From a bacterium (lineage in GTDB: Bacteria; UBA8248), in NCBI GenBank assembly GCA_965207065.1, contig OZ242260.1, forward strand, positions 3,872,001-3,936,000: 64,000 bases of DNA, in the 5' to 3' direction. The notes beneath the pieces are model-generated. The model did no database searches. It saw only the letters and a list, made by a program, of their open reading frames with translations, and had not been told where the DNA came from. The translations under genes were made by a program, and so were the position numbers. Shown here in pieces: positions 61,223 to 64,000 of this stretch (position 1 is the first letter of the stretch; the number at the start of each line of letters is the position of its first letter).

Positions 61223-62148
61223 TAATCCCGAAGTTCCCGGCCAGTCAGTCTTAGAAATAAATCCTCCAGGGTGGCGGGTCTTCTTAAAAAATCTTTCCGG
61301 CCGCAAGAAATCAGATGTTCCATCACGCCCATCCCATTGTGGCTATACAGGTACAATATATCGGCAACGACTTCGGTAGTTACGGATAAGCCTTGGAACG
61401 AGTCGAGCAATTCTGCAGAAGCACCACCCTTCAGTTCGTATACTTCATCGCCCACTTTTTCCTGCACCAGAGTTTGCGGTTCGCCTTCGAGAAGAAATCT
61501 TCCACCGTCCATGATGCCGATGCGATCACACATCTGGGCCGCCTCTTCCATGTAATGCGTAGTGAGGAGTATTGTCAGGCCCTGCGCCTTGAGTTCTCGG
61601 AGCCTCTGCCAGACTAGGTGCCTCGCCTGCGGGTCCAGACCAGTAGTGGGTTCATCCAGAATCAGGAATTTCGGTTCATGGATGAGCGCGCGCGCGATGT
61701 GAAGGCGCCGCTTCATCCCGCCGGACAGTGTCTTGATTTGTGAATCCCATTTTTCGCGAAGCTGCATGAAATCGAGCAGATGCTCGATGCGGGATAATGA
61801 CGCCTTTTTGGCGATGCCGAAAAATCCGGCATACACCCAAAGGTTTTCATAAACCGTTAGGTCGCGATCCAGGGTATCCTCTTGCGGCACGATGCCCATC
61901 TGCTCGCGAATGAGCCGACTCTGGGTTGCCACATCTCTACTTAAAACCCTCAAAGTACCTGCATCTGGTTCTACTGCCCCATGAAGCATTTTGATTGTCG
62001 TGGTCTTGCCGGCTCCGTTCGGGCCAAGAATTCCGAAACATTCCCCGGGTTTCACCTGAAGCGAGACACCATCGACGGCTTTGAGAGTCCCGAAGGATTT
62101 CTTGATGCCTTGGGCGTCTATTACAAGTCCATACAACGAACACTCCAC
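61222..62148 (-). CDS. ABC exporter ATP-binding protein (NodI-like)
   Basis: [47 protein letters not shown]. Confidence 0.92.
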   Translation of the reverse strand: MECSLYGLVIDAQGIKKSFGTLKAVDGVSLQVKPGECFGILGPNGAGKTTTIKMLHGAVEPDAGTLRVLSRDVATQSRLIREQMGIVPQEDTLDRDLTVYENLWVYAGFFGIAKKASLSRIEHLLDFMQLREKWDSQIKTLSGGMKRRLHIARALIHEPKFLILDEPTTGLDPQARHLVWQRLRELKAQGLTILLTTHYMEEAAQMCDRIGIMDGGRFLLEGEPQTLVQEKVGDEVYELKGGASAELLDSFQGLSVTTEVVADILYLYSHNGMGVMEHLISCGRKDFLRRPATLEDLFLRLTGRELRD

Positions 62149-62162
62149 CGATATGGCCGACT

Positions 62163-63413
62163 TTACAAACCGCGAAGGCGCTCGGCCTCCGCGATTCTTT
62201 CAATTGCAACTATGAAGGCAGCCGTGCGCAAAGACACTTGTTTTTCCTTTGCCAGTTCGTAGACTTCCGAGGTGGCGCGCGTCATGATTTTGCTCAACTC
62301 GCCGTTCACTCTTTCTTCATCCCAACCGAATTGCTGGATGTTCTGAACCCATTCAAAATATGAGACCGTCACGCCGCCGGAACTCGCTAAAACGTCTGGG
62401 ATCAGCAGCACGTTCCCACCGCCGACCAGAATGTTTTCACCCTCTTCGGTTACGGGCGCATTGGCCGCTTCGAGAATTACGCGGGCTTTTACATTCGCCG
62501 CATTGCGGGCATGGATGGCCCCGCCGAGAGCCGCTGGAATCAAAACGTCCACATCGAGCGCTAAAAGCTCTTCATTGGTGATTTCTTCGACTCCCCCAAG
62601 ACCCTCGAGCGTACCAGTTTCCTTTCGGTGCGCCCCGGCCGCTTCGATGTCGATTCCGTCGCCATTGAAATAGGCGCCCCTGCTGCCCGATATCGCCACT
62701 ACCTTCACTCCCAGATCCTTCATGAATCTGGCTGCGAAAGAGCCGACATTCCCGAATCCTTGTATCGCCGCCGTCATTGTTGCGGGGTCCCAGCCTTCTC
62801 TTTTCGCGATCTCCTCATACACCATCACGGCGCCCCGTCCCGTTGCCGCCTCCCTTCCCGGAGAACCGCCCATGGCCAAGGGCTTCCCGGTGACGCAAGC
62901 CGGCGCATACCCGTGCCGGCTGCTGTATTCATCGAAAATCCACGCCATCACCTGCGCATTCGTATTTACGTCCGGGGCGGGAACGTCGCGGTACGGCCCC
63001 AGAATATGGCCGATGCGCGCGATGAATTTTCTGGTCAGCCGCTCCAGCTCATACACGCTGAGTTCTTTCACGTTGACGGTGATGCCGCCTTTCCCACCGC
63101 CGAAGGGAATGTTGACCAAAGCCGTCTTCCAGGCCATCAGGGCGGAGAGTCCGCGCACCTCGTCCATGTCCACTTCATGGTGGTAGCGGATTCCGCCCTT
63201 GAAAGGGCCTCGAGCGCCACTGAACTGAACGCGGTAGCCCTGCCAAACGCCGAGTGTGCCGTCGTCCCTGCGGATGGGGAGTTCGACCTTCATTTCACGG
63301 AATGGAGTCTTGAGCAAAAACCGCATTTCATCGTCCAGGCCGATGATGTCCGCCGCTCGGTCGAATTGCGCGGCTGCGGTTTCGAATACGCTGACCCGCT
63401 GATCTTGGGACAT
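62163..63413 (-). CDS. gdhA: Glu/Leu/Phe/Val dehydrogenase (glutamate dehydrogenase)
   Basis: KGGIRY, GGGKGG, DVPAPD, QGFGNVG, GGVTVSYFEW. Confidence 0.93.
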   Translation of the reverse strand: MSQDQRVSVFETAAAQFDRAADIIGLDDEMRFLLKTPFREMKVELPIRRDDGTLGVWQGYRVQFSGARGPFKGGIRYHHEVDMDEVRGLSALMAWKTALVNIPFGGGKGGITVNVKELSVYELERLTRKFIARIGHILGPYRDVPAPDVNTNAQVMAWIFDEYSSRHGYAPACVTGKPLAMGGSPGREAATGRGAVMVYEEIAKREGWDPATMTAAIQGFGNVGSFAARFMKDLGVKVVAISGSRGAYFNGDGIDIEAAGAHRKETGTLEGLGGVEEITNEELLALDVDVLIPAALGGAIHARNAANVKARVILEAANAPVTEEGENILVGGGNVLLIPDVLASSGGVTVSYFEWVQNIQQFGWDEERVNGELSKIMTRATSEVYELAKEKQVSLRTAAFIVAIERIAEAERLRGL

Positions 63414-63494
63414 GATGTTCCCTCCCCTGGATATTATACTGAAAGGATAGAGCGCGAATCAGGCGGCGAGAGTGTAAAACTCAAACTGGAGGGA

Positions 63495-63731
63495 TCAGTG
63501 GCAGGAACACATGCCTCCGCAACCGCCCCCGCCTGCCGAGTATCCACTAAATGTCGAGGCCGACGCCGATGCAGCAGCGCCGGAAGTGGATTTGGCGAAC
63601 AAGGAAAGTTTCTTGTGAACCTTCTTCGAGCCGCATTCCGGGCATTCGACCCGGTCGGCGGCATCTGAGGAGGAAACGATGGTCTCGAAATCTTTTTCAC
63701 AGCTTCCGCAAAGGAATTCATACATTGGCAT
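63495..63731 (-). CDS. FmdB-family zinc ribbon protein
   Basis: MPMYEFLCGSC..CPECGS..KKLS; C-terminal CGGMCSCH. Confidence 0.88.
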   Translation of the reverse strand: MPMYEFLCGSCEKDFETIVSSSDAADRVECPECGSKKVHKKLSLFAKSTSGAAASASASTFSGYSAGGGGCGGMCSCH

Positions 63732-63754
63732 GTCTGTTCTGGCCTCCCGGAGTG

Positions 63755-64000
63755 TCAGCGCATTTCATTGGCGCGGCGCCAATCCGCCAAAAATTTCTCC
63801 AATCCGATATCCGTCAATGGATGCTTGAGCAACTGCGCGATCACCCCGAATGGGACCGTCGCGACGTCCGCCCCCATTTTCGCGGCCTCGAGCAGGTGGA
63901 TCGGCGTGCGTACGCTGGCCACCAGCACCTCGGTGGCGTAGTCGTAGTTCTCGAAAATCTGTACGATGTCGCTCACGACCTGCATGCCCGGGTTGGAGAT
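63755..64000 (-). CDS. Transaldolase / fructose-6-phosphate aldolase, 5'-truncated by window edge
   Basis: [31 protein letters not shown]. Confidence 0.92.
   Translation of the reverse strand: MSNPGMQVVSDIVQIFENYDYATEVLVASVRTPIHLLEAAKMGADVATVPFGVIAQLLKHPLTDIGLEKFLADWRRANEMR

Noticed and set aside
60449-62148. NodIJ-like exporter as evidence for Nod-factor production
   Set aside because: No nodABC-type genes nearby; this ABC-2 subfamily is widespread in non-nodulating bacteria.

Overview
Bacterial chromosomal window; BamD, a GT9 heptosyltransferase-like gene and IHF point to a diderm host, but the lineage cannot be fixed from sequence alone. Most of it is housekeeping, mainly on the minus strand: envelope/lipid genes (LysM protein, bamD, pgsA, plsY), aromatic amino-acid genes (aroC, aroK, pheA, hisC, tyrA, trpEGDC with a predictable Trp attenuator), cmk-rpsA-ihfB, uvrA, a TCA cluster (icd, mdh, two-subunit fumarase, sucCD, ndk), rsmA, lepA-lepB, a DegP-family protease, dgt, alkA, a NodIJ-like ABC exporter and a glutamate dehydrogenase. 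The standout is a ~10.5 kb element (about 5164-15672) integrated at the 3' end of tRNA-Leu(CAA), with both att sites visible. It encodes a P4-type integrase, AlpA, a small wHTH initiator-like protein followed by iteron-like repeats, a large terminase, an HNH nuclease, an HK97-type capsid, prohead protease, head-tail connector and adaptor, a portal and a neck/tail-terminator-like protein. It has no tail or lysis genes and no recognisable primase or small terminase. This reads as a capsid-forming phage satellite (cf-PICI-like) with a non-canonical gene order. It also carries a Zn-finger plus tandem Myb-like protein and an 11+11 bp RNA pseudoknot between the capsid and protease genes. A second small accessory islet (about 31200-35190) holds Fic, an LLM monooxygenase, an orphan AbiEi antitoxin with an apparent toxin stub, and several MITE/REP-like palindromes. 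Family assignments come from motif recognition, not database searches.
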